DNA from: a bacterium
GTDB lineage: Bacteria; UBA8248; JACPRG01; G963555815
NCBI GenBank assembly: GCA_965218795.1
Contig: OZ244653.1
Coordinates: forward strand, 480,001-544,000
DNA: 64,000 bases
Direction: 5' to 3'
Positions 37,683 through 48,256 of the stretch are shown here, piece after piece (positions within the stretch are counted from its first letter, which is position 1; each line of letters begins with the position of its first letter). A model generated the notes under the pieces. It was not told the DNA's origin. It ran no database searches and worked only from the letters and a program-made list of their open reading frames with translations. The translations under genes were made by a program, and so were the position numbers.

Positions 37683-40601
37683 CTATAGATCCAGGTCCAT
37701 TCCGATTCGCTTCCCGCGTACCGGAGGCGCGGGTTCCCGCTCGTTGTCGGTCGAGATGTCCGAGCCACGGTCTGCCTCCCGAGGCGGTTGGATCTGTCGA
37801 TCCCTTGTCCGGTCGGGCTTTGCTTCCCGCGCCTTCCCGTCCATTTGCGGCGCCGGCTGCGTAGCCTCGCCGATCCCTTCCAGCGCCGAGACGCGCTCGC
37901 CGGTGACGGCTTCGAGTTGCTCCCGTAGCCCATTCTTGTCGTCGGTCACGAGTTCCGCCCGATCGCGGGCCCGGCTGATCTCCACATAGAAGCTCTTCTG
38001 CGTGGTGAGATGGGGGTGGTTGGCCTCCATCGCCGCGATGACGTTATCCACCGTTCTGCCCTGGAAGGCATGTACGGTCGAGGCCCAGGCATGGTCGAGA
38101 TGACGCAGTTGCGGGTCGTTGGCGCCCAGTTCCAGTTTGCGCCCGTTTTCGAGCTGAAACGTGACGCGGCCGTTCGCGACCGAAGCGACCTCGGCCGTGC
38201 GGCTGTTGACCAGCCCCAGGCCGGCATCGTTGCGGGTCCAGCGGATGCGGTCGCCCGCACGGAGTTCGATCTCCTCGGCCCGGTAGACCTCGGTTCCGCC
38301 GTTCCGCCCGCCGATCTCGCCCGGTTTCCAGGGCACGGTTTCGCCGTCCCTGCCTTCGAGCAGCACCGTGCGGGCCTCGTGGTCGACCCCTGAGATGATG
38401 CGCTCCTCTCCCTTCTCGACCCCGAGGCGCTTGTAGGGACGGTGGAAGGCCACCACGTCGCCCGGCCCGTAGTTGGCCGCGAGCGCCTTCTCGGCGTTGG
38501 TGTAGCCGTGCGAGACCAGCCGCTCGCTCTGCATCGCGGGTCCGTGAATGCAGCCCTCGCGGGCGAGACGCTCGCGGATATGGGCATTGATCCGTTGCCG
38601 TAGCTCATGGCTCGGGGCCATCACCCCGGTGTTCTCGCGCGCCTCCGGGGAGAGCTTGAGCCAGCGCGCCGCCACCGCGCCGGCGATATTGTCCGCCTTC
38701 ACCTCGGCGACATTGGCCCCGAGCTTGTCGAACGCCTTGCCGATCTCGCCCGCGAGACTCGCCTCGACCGCGGCTTTCAGGTCTGGGTCGCGCTGGCGCA
38801 TGATCTCGTCCATGGTCGCGGTCTTCATGCCAGCCTGCTGCAGCTGCGCGAACGGTTTGCCCGCATCCACCGCATCGAGCTGCTTGCGGTCGCCGACCAG
38901 CACCACACGTGGAAGGCGCAAGGTGTTGGCGACCCTCAGGAGGTCGCGGGCCTGGGCCGTGGAGGCGAGGGAGCCCTCGTCCACCACCAGCACGGTCTTC
39001 TTGAACGCCGCCCGCATCTCCCTCTCGCCCTTCCGGGTGAGCCGCCCCTCGGCGATCCCGGCGTTGCGTGCGAGGAAGCGTTGCAGGGTCTCGCTCTCGA
39101 TCCCGGCCTCTGCCGCCAGGGTCTTCACCGCCGAGGCCGAAGGGGCCAGTCCGATCATGCGGTAGCCGTTCTTGGCTGCGAGCGCTCGGGCGCGGTTCAG
39201 CATGGTGGTCTTGCCGGTCCCGGCATAACCCTGCACGCCGACGACGCGGTCTTTTTCCGAGAGGATCAGCTTGACCGCGTCCTTCTGTCCCGCCGTGAGC
39301 GGCCCCTTGTGCAGATGCGCCTGGACCATCCAGCTCCGCATGGGCGCCCGGCCGCGGTTCTCGCCGCCGTGCATGAGCGCAATGGTCTCGCGTTCGTCGG
39401 CGACCGCCTTGTCCGTGGTCATGCCGTCGCCGCCTTCGAGCGCCGGAGCGGCATGGAGCCGGCCTTCCTTGCGCAGGTCCTCGACGGCCCGTTCGGCGGC
39501 CTCCACGGAGACCGCGCCGGGGTCCCGGGCGAGGGCCGCGGCGAGAAGACCGGTGCGCGGGAACACCGCCTCGCGCTCGGAGAGATGCGCCACCGCCCAT
39601 TCCACGGCTTCCCCGGCCAGCCCCCGGTCCTGAGACGTCTCGCGAGCCGCACCGGCGCCTTCCCGGCCGGCGTCCTTGGCCATCGCTTCGGCCGCCAGGG
39701 CCTTCGCGTCGAACCCGAGGCCGGCGGCCTGCTTCTCCCAGATCCCCCGCAGCGCCGCTTTGTCCACCTCGCGCTTGTGGGCCCGGGTCATGAGCGCCGC
39801 GCGCTGGGCGAGACGTTGGTTCTCGGCGGGATCGCCCAGACCCCGTTCGGCCATGGCCGCCTCGATTTCCGCCCGCCGGGTCGAGAACGCCTCGATCACC
39901 ATGCGGGGAACGCCCGCGATCTCGAACCGCCCGTCCACATGGGTCTTCTCTACGCCATAGCCAAGTTTCGTCAGATCGCGCGCCAGCTCGCTCCGGTACA
40001 TGGCGCCGATCAGCATCTTCGAGGCATAGAGCCTCTCGTTGGACATGGTCCGCCACTTGCAGTCCGCGCCTTGGACCATGTTGGCGATCACCGAATGGGT
40101 GTGAAGCAGGGGATCGAGATTGCGCGAGGTGTCGTGCCGGAAGGTCGCGGCCACCATCTTCTGCTCGCCCGCGCGGACCATCCGTCCGGTCTCCGGGTCC
40201 TTCATGCGGGTCTCTGCGACGTTCCTCTCGACCCAGGCGAGGGTGCGCCTGACGGCCCGGTCATGGGCCTCGACGACGCGGACGTCGCCGCCGATGAGCG
40301 CGGTGAGGGAGACGGACTTGGGGGCGGAGAAGGTGAGATCCCTCCCGGGCCGGTGATGTAAGTCGCCCTGTTTGTCCTTGCGTCCGAGCCGGCGGCCGGA
40401 TCCGTCAGGCACCTTGCCCTCCAGCACCGCCTGGAAGGTGTCCGGATCGACCGGGCCTGAGAGGCCCAGGTCCTCCGCGCCCTTGCCGGCCCAGGCGCTC
40501 GCTTCCCTGTGGGCCGGGTCGTCCTTCGCGTAGTAGCCGTCCCGCTCGTAGTAGCTCGCGCCCTGGGACGGGGCCGCGACGGCGCCGATCGATGCGACCA
40601 T
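37683..40601 (-). CDS. traI: MobF (TrwC/TraI) relaxase-helicase
   Basis: SYYERDGYY, DLTFSAPKSVS, HDTSRNLDPLLHTH, QGYAGTGKT, VVDEGS. Confidence 0.96.
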   Translation of the reverse strand: MVASIGAVAAPSQGASYYERDGYYAKDDPAHREASAWAGKGAEDLGLSGPVDPDTFQAVLEGKVPDGSGRRLGRKDKQGDLHHRPGRDLTFSAPKSVSLTALIGGDVRVVEAHDRAVRRTLAWVERNVAETRMKDPETGRMVRAGEQKMVAATFRHDTSRNLDPLLHTHSVIANMVQGADCKWRTMSNERLYASKMLIGAMYRSELARDLTKLGYGVEKTHVDGRFEIAGVPRMVIEAFSTRRAEIEAAMAERGLGDPAENQRLAQRAALMTRAHKREVDKAALRGIWEKQAAGLGFDAKALAAEAMAKDAGREGAGAARETSQDRGLAGEAVEWAVAHLSEREAVFPRTGLLAAALARDPGAVSVEAAERAVEDLRKEGRLHAAPALEGGDGMTTDKAVADERETIALMHGGENRGRAPMRSWMVQAHLHKGPLTAGQKDAVKLILSEKDRVVGVQGYAGTGKTTMLNRARALAAKNGYRMIGLAPSASAVKTLAAEAGIESETLQRFLARNAGIAEGRLTRKGEREMRAAFKKTVLVVDEGSLASTAQARDLLRVANTLRLPRVVLVGDRKQLDAVDAGKPFAQLQQAGMKTATMDEIMRQRDPDLKAAVEASLAGEIGKAFDKLGANVAEVKADNIAGAVAARWLKLSPEARENTGVMAPSHELRQRINAHIRERLAREGCIHGPAMQSERLVSHGYTNAEKALAANYGPGDVVAFHRPYKRLGVEKGEERIISGVDHEARTVLLEGRDGETVPWKPGEIGGRNGGTEVYRAEEIELRAGDRIRWTRNDAGLGLVNSRTAEVASVANGRVTFQLENGRKLELGANDPQLRHLDHAWASTVHAFQGRTVDNVIAAMEANHPHLTTQKSFYVEISRARDRAELVTDDKNGLREQLEAVTGERVSALEGIGEATQPAPQMDGKAREAKPDRTRDRQIQPPREADRGSDISTDNEREPAPPVRGKRIGMDLDL

Positions 40602-42562
40602 CAGTACCAGCGATCCGCGCGCGTCTGATCCATGCGGTTGTTCTTATTCCAGCTGCGAGGCGGATTCCCCTCTGCGTTCCGCCCGGAATCGAGCTCTCCC
40701 TCGGGTTCCAGTTCGAGCGCACCCTGGACGCTTGCCGCTGCGGCACGCCCTTCGGGCGGTGCGGGCGTCTCCTCCGCTGCTTGGCCGGGCTCCATCGCAT
40801 CGGCGTCGCCATCCCGGGTCGACCCTTCCTCCCTGGGCACGAAGCGTTCTGCGGCCTTGGGCCTCTTGACGTAGTCGAGCTCGATCCGGGCCACGGGCCA
40901 GGGTCCCGGGAACTTCAGATAGCCCTGCAGGTTCTCGAGCCGCATGATCTCCGACGGCAGGGCCAGGGAACGCATCTCACGGCGCTGGGTCAACGAGACC
41001 CCGTCGCGCATGGCGCTGGCCCCGTAGCTCATGCCGTGGGAATATTCCTCGACCTCGCCCCGTCCGAGGCTGTCGGCCGACCATTGCGCGGTCTCCCGGT
41101 CGGGCGCGGCCAGCACCACGCGGGTGCCGCAGAGCCCGGAGAGGGTCTCCGCCCCGTTCTTTCCGTAGAGGTCCCGCAGGGCCGAGAACACCTGGATGCC
41201 GAGCACGAAGCAGCCGCCGAACTGGCGGGATTCCGCAAGTCCCGGCTGGAGGCTCGGCACCTGGTGGAGGGTGGGCAGCTCGTCCAGGACCACCCAGACC
41301 CTGCGCGCGTCGTCCTGATGGAGCGAGAGGAGGGCGTTGACCGCGATCTCGATCCAGGTGGAGATGAGCCCCCGCAGGCTCGCGTGCTGGTCGCCCCTGG
41401 AGGTCAGGAACAGGAAGCCGCCCCCGTCCTCCCGGCCCACCCAGTCGCGGATCGAGAAGGGCTCGCCCGTATCGGGCAGGAACTCGAGCGCGCCCAGGTG
41501 CGCGGTGAGCATGGCGCGCACCGAGAGCGCGGTCTTGGGGTTGTCCGGGTCCACGATGGACTGGGCCACCGTGCCCTCCATGGCCTTGGCCAGCACCGTC
41601 AGATCGGTCTTGAGCAGGTGCTCGACCAGCACCCGGTTCTCGGTCACGCCCTTCTTCCAGAGCACGCCCGCGCCGTTTGCGAACAGCTGCCTCGCGGCGG
41701 TGACCCAGAAGGGGTCCACCGTGTCCTTCTGCTGGGGGATGAGGGCGGCGGCCATCATGTCGAAGTCCCGGGGGGATCTCGCCTCGAAGAAGGGGGACCA
41801 GCAGGGGGCTCTGGCGTCCAGGGGGTTCATGAGCACGTCACAAGAGGGATCGAAGAAGGAGCGGGTATAACTCCCCATCTTGTCGTAGAGGATGCAGCGT
41901 TCGCCCCGTCTTCGGAGCTGGGCGACCAGGTCCGAGATGAGCACGGTCTTGCCCGAGCCGGTGGTGCCGGAGACGATGGTGTGCTGGGTCTCGGCGCGCC
42001 TGGGCCAGGGGATCCCGGCGATGCGGCAGGAGGCCCGGCGCGCGGCGGGGACCAGGGCCTCGGCCAGGCGCACGGAGAGGGGTTGCACGCGCCTTCTCAA
42101 CTCCCGGGCCGTCGCCATTTCCGCGCCGCGGACCCGTTTGGCGCGGTCCAGGCGCCTTCCCAGGACCCGGAACAGGACCATGCAGAGGATTGCGCCGCCT
42201 AAGCCGATCCAGAGGCCGAGCCACGCCTTGGCATGGACGGTATGAATCAGGCGCCCTCGGATACGCTCGATCCTGGGGTCCGAGGCGATGTCCACGATCC
42301 TCGAAGTCGTCTTCCGGCCCTCCCGCCACTCGTACGCCTGGCGCGAATGGCGGGCATATCCGATGGCGAGCTTGACCTCGGCGAGGGTGCCCATGCCCAC
42401 GACGCGCCATTCATGGGCGGTCGTGGTGCGGAAGAGGGCCACGGCGGGGACCAGGACGATCGTCAGGACGATGCCGAAAAGCCCCCAGCGGACCAGCTGG
42501 CCCCACATGTGGACGTCGTGGACGAGGGTCTGGCCGCCCCTGAGCGTTGCGTTGCCGAACAT
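40601..42562 (-). CDS. traD: Type IV coupling protein
   Basis: Two N-terminal TMs; SGTTGSGKT; YDKMG; NPLDAR; VLDELPTL. Confidence 0.95.
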   Translation of the reverse strand: MFGNATLRGGQTLVHDVHMWGQLVRWGLFGIVLTIVLVPAVALFRTTTAHEWRVVGMGTLAEVKLAIGYARHSRQAYEWREGRKTTSRIVDIASDPRIERIRGRLIHTVHAKAWLGLWIGLGGAILCMVLFRVLGRRLDRAKRVRGAEMATARELRRRVQPLSVRLAEALVPAARRASCRIAGIPWPRRAETQHTIVSGTTGSGKTVLISDLVAQLRRRGERCILYDKMGSYTRSFFDPSCDVLMNPLDARAPCWSPFFEARSPRDFDMMAAALIPQQKDTVDPFWVTAARQLFANGAGVLWKKGVTENRVLVEHLLKTDLTVLAKAMEGTVAQSIVDPDNPKTALSVRAMLTAHLGALEFLPDTGEPFSIRDWVGREDGGGFLFLTSRGDQHASLRGLISTWIEIAVNALLSLHQDDARRVWVVLDELPTLHQVPSLQPGLAESRQFGGCFVLGIQVFSALRDLYGKNGAETLSGLCGTRVVLAAPDRETAQWSADSLGRGEVEEYSHGMSYGASAMRDGVSLTQRREMRSLALPSEIMRLENLQGYLKFPGPWPVARIELDYVKRPKAAERFVPREEGSTRDGDADAMEPGQAAEETPAPPEGRAAAASVQGALELEPEGELDSGRNAEGNPPRSWNKNNRMDQTRADRWY

Positions 42563-42731
42563 GATGCAAGTCCTCCTTTATTTCAGAAGATAACGGCGGT
42601 CCCGACACCGCTCTGTTGCAATGGGCCGGGGAGAGGTGGAGGCGGGCCGGAGCCCGGGCGCGGGACACCGGGTCCGGAGAGGCCCGGTGGCGCCCGATAC
42701 GCTTTGAACCGCAACCTCGGAGGAACGGTCC

Positions 42732-43091
42732 ATGACCAACCTATCTAGCAGCTGGCGCACCCGGGCCTTCGTCCTCGGCGGGCTTGTGTTCGCTCTCGTT
42801 GCCACCGTCATTGCCGTGGCCGCCGGGACCGGTGTCCGCTTCCTGGGGGGCATCTGGTTCTGGGCGGTGATCTGGACCGTCCTTGCGGCCCTCGCGTGCG
42901 CCCTGTGGCGGGGGCTCCGTCATGGGGACTGGTCGGCCTTCGGCGGGTACGAGCTCCCGGAAGACTCCGGCGACCGGTTCGACTGGTCGACCAGGACCGG
43001 CCGCTACGCCTGGCTCCGCGATCTTGATGACCGGCGCCTGAACGATAACGAACATCTTCGTGGTCATGGCCCGAGCACCCGGTCCCCGTAG
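42732..43091 (+). CDS. Small two-TM protein convergent with traG; entry-exclusion candidate
   Basis: GGAGG RBS; two hydrophobic helices plus a soluble C-tail; 3' end overlaps traG by 28 bp. Confidence 0.6.
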   Translation: MTNLSSSWRTRAFVLGGLVFALVATVIAVAAGTGVRFLGGIWFWAVIWTVLAALACALWRGLRHGDWSAFGGYELPEDSGDRFDWSTRTGRYAWLRDLDDRRLNDNEHLRGHGPSTRSP

Positions 43092-45976
43092 AAGGGACCG
43101 TCGCGTCCGCGGCCTTCCTTCTCCCCCTCCCCCGCGTCCGGCGCCGCGTTCCTGGCGGTGCCGTAGAGCTTGCCGGCGAGCCACTCGCCGATGAACGGCG
43201 CCTCTCTCGCGGCGTGTTCTCCAAAAGGCTTGGCGAGCTCGGCCTGTACGCCCACGCGGCCTTGCGCCATGCCCTCCTTCACGTCCTCGCTCCGCTCCTT
43301 TCGTCCCGCCTCCCGGACCCTCAGATCATGCTCGGTCCTGGCGCGCCCTGCCCGGTTCTCGACCTTGCCCGGCTCGGGGGCCCCGGCGCCGCGTCCCCGG
43401 TCTCTCACCGAGGCCGACCAGCCGCCCCAGGCCGCCTCGGTCTCTCTCGCGTGCGACTCCCGCAGCCCGTCTCGATTCCGCTCGTAATCCGCCAGCCCCG
43501 GGACCGAGGCCGGGTCAGGTCCCTCTGGCGTGGGGAAGCGCTCCGCGATGAAGGCCGCGGCGTGCGCGCGCAGCTCTTCGGCGTCCTCCGGGGTCTGGGG
43601 CGAGGCGAGGCGCATGGCGCCGGCCACGCCGATCTCGCGCCCGTCGGCGCCAGGCCGGGCGGTCAGCCAGGCGAAGAAGGGCTGGCCCAGCTCCCGGTCG
43701 ACGGCCTGGGATTGGCTTCGCACCTCGGCCGCCTGAGAGCTCCAGCTCTCGGCTTCCCGGTGGCTCAGCGTCTCCTGCTCGCCGAAGCGGCGCATCCGCG
43801 TCAGGTTGGCGCCAAGGCTCTCCTCCAGGCTCTTGAGCTCGCTCTCGCCCGAGGAAGCGGAGTAGCGTCTGGAGGCATCGGCGACCCGGGACCAGAGATC
43901 GAGCATCTGGTTCTGCTCGGCATAGTCGGTCATCCGGTTCCAGGCTTTCCGTTCGAAGGTCTGGCCCCGCCAGCTCGCCGAGCCGTCGGCCCCGAACTTC
44001 ACGATGAAGTCGAACCCCCCTCCCACCTTGGCCTCGCCCGTGAGAACGGCCGCCTCCTCCTTCGAGATCCCGCCCGCCTCGGAGAGGCGTTCCATGTGGC
44101 TCTCCAGGGCCTGGACCTGCGTGCTCTCGCTTTCCGTCACGCCCCTCGAATGGGCGAGGCCCGTGTGCACGTCCCGGGAGAACCGCTCGACCATGGCCGC
44201 CGAATCGGTCGCAACGGCCGTACGCGCCAAGCCGGCCTCGGCCGACCAGTGCCGGGCCTGCTCCCGGGCGGCGCCTGCCCGGCTCTCGTGGCTGACTGCA
44301 AGGGATTCGGAGAGTCTGACGCCCGCCGCCGGGATCCGGCTGGTGGCGGAGCCGGCGTCCGTCACCGCGGACCCGTCGCCGGTCACGGTGAAGGCCGCGC
44401 CCTCGGGCGCGAACCCGGTATAGCGGTCCGTATCGACGTGCATGGAGGTGCGGAGCTGGCGGCCCTCGAGCGTTGCGAAGCGGTGGACGTCGGCCTGGGT
44501 GCTGGCCAGGGAGATGTTGCCCGTCGTGCCCTCGTGGGCGGCCGAGGAGGCCGCGTCCTGGCCGACCGCGAGCACCGAGCTCGCGAGCATGGTCGCCTTG
44601 CCCACCCCGTAGGCCAGGGCCGCGGCCAGGAAGGGCACCGACATCGAGAGGTAGCCCGACATCACCGCCACGTCGGAGGCCACGGCCCGGATCCCGGCCT
44701 GGGCCACGAGCGACACGCCGATATCGCCGCCCGGCATCAGCGCGCCCGCGCTCATGCGTTCGGCGGCCTCGCCCATGGAGATGCGGTGGAGGATCGCGTA
44801 GAGCGGCCCCCAGCTCTGGATCCAGACGATCCCGGCGAAGTAGGACCGGAAGATCCCGTGGCCCGCGGGGGTGAGCATGAGCAGCGCGGCCATGGGGAAG
44901 GCGCCCACGTAGAGGCACTCGAAGACGATGCGCAGCATGGGGACCCAGGTCTCGGCCTGCCTTCCGATGGCCCGGTAGGCCGAGACGGTCTGGGCCTCGG
45001 CCCGGGCCTCGGTATAGGCCCTGAGGGCGGCGGCGTTCCCGGCCTCCGCGGCCCATTGCTCGCCCGCGCCGTGGAGGGCGTTGAGGACCATCTGCTGGCG
45101 CAGGATCTCGGCCGCGGTCCTGGAGGCGCCGATCAGGTAGTCGTGGGCCACGGGCAGCGCGGCCATGAGCTCGGCCCGGGCCAGGGCCTCGGTCGCCGCA
45201 CCGGGGAAGATCCTTTGTCCGAAGATGCCGGACGCCCTCGCGATCTCGGCCCCCCAGAGCGCGTCGAGCCGCGAGGCCGCGTCGGCGCAGGTGACGATCT
45301 CGCGATCGATGGGCGTGGCTCCCGTTCCGGACGGCGCCCCCCGGGTCGCGTATTCGACCATGCGCGCGGGCGAAGCCCCGGCCGAGGGCGTGCCCGTGGA
45401 CGTGACGAGCCGCCAGATATCCGTGCTCTCCCGCAGGTCGTCGGCCGAGACGTGGCCCAGGAGCAGGGCGTGGAACACGCATTGCCTCGCATAGGCCCGG
45501 AGGTTCCGCGCGAACACCGTGTCGGTCACCTCCATGCGGGTCGCGGCGGCCGCGAGCCTCGCGCCGAAGATCAGGCCGTGGCGGCGGTAGGTCAGGTCGT
45601 CCGGAAGGGAGAAGGCCTGTTCGGTCAGCCGTGTCAGGCCGTCACCCACCTGGCTCGTCAGGGAGGCGAAGAGGGCCAGGCCGAGCGGGACGTTGTCGAT
45701 GACCGCGGGCGCCAGCGCCGGGTCGAGTCGATCCACCACCCGGACGGTCGCCTTGGGCACGATCATCGCGCCCCAGACGGCGACGAAGAGGAGGATCCAC
45801 TTGGCGTTGTCCTTCCACGAGCCGCCGAAGGCGGTGCGGAACAGGGCCCAGGCGAGCCCGGCCACGCCCGCGATCCGGGCCAGCGTCACAAAAGCCCCGC
45901 CGCCGGTGATCGCGGCGACCGCGTTCAGGAGGTCGACCAGATAGGTCCCGCCGCCGAGCGTGAAGAGTTCGTACAT
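43064..45976 (-). CDS. traG: Mating-pair stabilisation protein TraG
   Basis: MYELFTLGGG...LNAVAA; VDRL...DNVPLGLA; WIQSWGPLYAIL. Confidence 0.92.
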   Translation of the reverse strand: MYELFTLGGGTYLVDLLNAVAAITGGGAFVTLARIAGVAGLAWALFRTAFGGSWKDNAKWILLFVAVWGAMIVPKATVRVVDRLDPALAPAVIDNVPLGLALFASLTSQVGDGLTRLTEQAFSLPDDLTYRRHGLIFGARLAAAATRMEVTDTVFARNLRAYARQCVFHALLLGHVSADDLRESTDIWRLVTSTGTPSAGASPARMVEYATRGAPSGTGATPIDREIVTCADAASRLDALWGAEIARASGIFGQRIFPGAATEALARAELMAALPVAHDYLIGASRTAAEILRQQMVLNALHGAGEQWAAEAGNAAALRAYTEARAEAQTVSAYRAIGRQAETWVPMLRIVFECLYVGAFPMAALLMLTPAGHGIFRSYFAGIVWIQSWGPLYAILHRISMGEAAERMSAGALMPGGDIGVSLVAQAGIRAVASDVAVMSGYLSMSVPFLAAALAYGVGKATMLASSVLAVGQDAASSAAHEGTTGNISLASTQADVHRFATLEGRQLRTSMHVDTDRYTGFAPEGAAFTVTGDGSAVTDAGSATSRIPAAGVRLSESLAVSHESRAGAAREQARHWSAEAGLARTAVATDSAAMVERFSRDVHTGLAHSRGVTESESTQVQALESHMERLSEAGGISKEEAAVLTGEAKVGGGFDFIVKFGADGSASWRGQTFERKAWNRMTDYAEQNQMLDLWSRVADASRRYSASSGESELKSLEESLGANLTRMRRFGEQETLSHREAESWSSQAAEVRSQSQAVDRELGQPFFAWLTARPGADGREIGVAGAMRLASPQTPEDAEELRAHAAAFIAERFPTPEGPDPASVPGLADYERNRDGLRESHARETEAAWGGWSASVRDRGRGAGAPEPGKVENRAGRARTEHDLRVREAGRKERSEDVKEGMAQGRVGVQAELAKPFGEHAAREAPFIGEWLAGKLYGTARNAAPDAGEGEKEGRGRDGPFYGDRVLGP

Positions 45977-45987
45977 GATCCTCGCCT

Positions 45988-47430
45988 CTACCGGGCCCCG
46001 CCGGCGCCCCGGGAGAAGGCGAGCGCCGCCCTGAGATCGGCCGAGAGCGCGCCCGCGAGCTCGGTCTCGATCAGCCTGAGCTTCTCGACCACGGAGAGGG
46101 CGGTGTTGAACCGGTCCAGCCCCTCGTGGCGGTGCCTGGCGAGAGCGGCCCGGTTTTGGCGCAGCCCCTCGCGCCAGCGCTCCAGCCGGTCGTGGTCGGC
46201 GATGTCGAGGGTGCCCGCGCGTTCCTCGATTGTCCGGTGCAGGTCCGAGATCCAGACCTGGAGCACGTCGAGGGCCACGGCCTCGGCCAGGGCGTCCACC
46301 TCCTGCTCCACCACCGCGCCGCGATAGGCGGCGGCGGTGTTGATGACCCGGTAGACCGGCAGGGTGGTGAGATTGACGAGCCCCAGGGCGTCGGCCGGGG
46401 GCGCCGTGTCGGCGCGCACCGCCTCGACCAGTTGCCGGAGCAGATCGGCGACCCGGTTCCGGAAGCCGCGCGCCGCCGGCACGGTGAGCCGTCCGAGGAC
46501 GGGGTTGAGGCAGTCGAGGGACGTGTCGCAGCGGTAGACCGGGAGGTCGCCGCCGCCCTCCATCAGGATCTCGGTCACCCGGCGGTCGAGCGCCAGCGGC
46601 TCCAGGATGCGTATTGCGGGACCGGAATTATCGCCGTCCGAGACCGGCGCGGTGACGATCGCGGTCCCCGAGATCGACATGGCGAACTCGCCGAGATCGC
46701 GGTCGGACGCCAGAAAGCCCGACGCCCTCACCGCCCGCCAGGCGTAGTTGACGTTGACCGGGGCCTGGTCCTTGAGCGGTCCCGAGGCGGCGGCCAGGGT
46801 CGAGTGGCGCTTGCCGTCCGCGCCGCAGCCGTGGCGCGCGGCCGCGTAGTCCGAGAAGATCCCCTGCCTCGTGCCGATGGCGGCGCAGATCGCCGCGCTC
46901 GCCCGGTCGTTCTGGGACCAGGCCGCCCCGACCAGGGCCTGGGCGGTCTCGCAGGAGTCGAGGTTTTGGTTGTTCACCCACTGGGCCAGGGCCCGGAGCT
47001 TGGACAGGGTCTCGGCGATCACGGGCGAGATGGTTTCGAGCGCGAGCTCGAAGGCGAAGCCCGCGGCGTTCTGGGCCACGGCGCGGCCGAAGGCGATCAG
47101 CTGGTCGGAATCGATGAAGGAGAAGGCGCCGGCGAACGCGTCGATGCCGCCGCAGCCGGCCCGGAAGGAGGGCAAGCCCACCGTGGCGATGGGCTCGGAG
47201 CGCACCGGCGCGCGCAGGTAGAGGTTGCCCAGGGTCCAGTGGCCCGAGGCCTGGCCGTCGAAGGCGGTCGGCCCGGTGGTGTTCACCGCCGCGCCCCTCC
47301 AGAAGCTCTCCATCTCCGAGAGCACGTCCGCTTGCGCGGAAGGGGCGAGGCAGACCGAGACGGCGACCCAGATGAGCACGAATGCGCGGGCAGCCATGGT
47401 TATGCCCGCAGTCCTTTGCCTAATAGTCAT
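45988..47430 (-). CDS. traH: Pilus assembly protein TraH
   Basis: N.TGP.AF.GQ..G; PSFRAGCGGIDAFAGAFSFI; SCETAQALV. Confidence 0.93.
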   Translation of the reverse strand: MTIRQRTAGITMAARAFVLIWVAVSVCLAPSAQADVLSEMESFWRGAAVNTTGPTAFDGQASGHWTLGNLYLRAPVRSEPIATVGLPSFRAGCGGIDAFAGAFSFIDSDQLIAFGRAVAQNAAGFAFELALETISPVIAETLSKLRALAQWVNNQNLDSCETAQALVGAAWSQNDRASAAICAAIGTRQGIFSDYAAARHGCGADGKRHSTLAAASGPLKDQAPVNVNYAWRAVRASGFLASDRDLGEFAMSISGTAIVTAPVSDGDNSGPAIRILEPLALDRRVTEILMEGGGDLPVYRCDTSLDCLNPVLGRLTVPAARGFRNRVADLLRQLVEAVRADTAPPADALGLVNLTTLPVYRVINTAAAYRGAVVEQEVDALAEAVALDVLQVWISDLHRTIEERAGTLDIADHDRLERWREGLRQNRAALARHRHEGLDRFNTALSVVEKLRLIETELAGALSADLRAALAFSRGAGGAR

Positions 47431-48256
47431 GTCCGATCTCCCGTGCAATGAGGGCGAAGATGCGCTCGGCGAGCTGGTCCTCGGCCACAACGCCGAAGGA
47501 GACCGGCAGGGCCCGTCTGGTTCGCGTGTCGTAGAGGACGACGGCCGGGAAGGCCGCGGCCTTCAGGCCGAGCCGCGCGGCCCGGCCCTGGTCGGGGACC
47601 GCTTCGGGCCAGCCCTCGAGGGGCCCGCCGGTCATGGAGACCGCGAGCACGTCGAGGCCGTGACGGAGCGCGAAGGCGCGCAGAAGCGGACCGAACACGC
47701 GGCATCCCGGGCATTGCGCATGGCCGAGATAGATGAGGCCGTACCGCTCCCCGAGCCGGGCAAGGACGGCTTCGCGCTCGGCCCGGCGTTCGTCCGACCA
47801 GACCTGCTTGGCGAGCGCGCCCACCGGGCGCTTCAGCGTGTAGTCGAGATCGGGGCTCGCCCAGACCGTGCGGCGGAAGGCGTCCGAGAAGGAGGCGGCT
47901 TTTTGCAGGGTCTCCTGCTGGAGGCGCAGGTAGGCCGTGACGTTCTCCGCGTTCGGATCCAGGATGGCCCGGGCCCGGGCTTCCTCCAGGGCCCGGCGCA
48001 TCTCCAGGAGGCGCTCCATTGCAGTCTCGGGCCGCGACGACCGGGCAGGCGGCGGCGCCGTTGGCGTTGCCGGCGCGTCCTCTTCCGCGTCTTCCTCGTT
48101 CCGGTCGCAATAGAAGTGCCAGCCGAGCGAGGGCCCGGCATCAGGCGCGCCGCACCAAGGCCGCCATTCCCGCGCATCCGCAGGACGGGTCGCGAGGATG
48201 GCGAGGAGGCAGGCGAGCGCGAGGGCGTACGGGATGGTCACGGTCGCCCCCCTCAC
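47420..48256 (-). CDS. traF: Thioredoxin-like TraF
   Basis: GWHFYC; AILDPNAENV.AY; CPGC. Confidence 0.9.
   Translation of the reverse strand: MRGATVTIPYALALACLLAILATRPADAREWRPWCGAPDAGPSLGWHFYCDRNEEDAEEDAPATPTAPPPARSSRPETAMERLLEMRRALEEARARAILDPNAENVTAYLRLQQETLQKAASFSDAFRRTVWASPDLDYTLKRPVGALAKQVWSDERRAEREAVLARLGERYGLIYLGHAQCPGCRVFGPLLRAFALRHGLDVLAVSMTGGPLEGWPEAVPDQGRAARLGLKAAAFPAVVLYDTRTRRALPVSFGVVAEDQLAERIFALIAREIGHDY

Noticed and set aside
43214-46327. 1037-aa plus-strand ORF (likewise 52078-55356, 38607-40361, 40592-42202, 48019-49917, 12280-13719)
   Set aside because: Antisense shadows of well-supported genes in high-GC DNA; no motifs.
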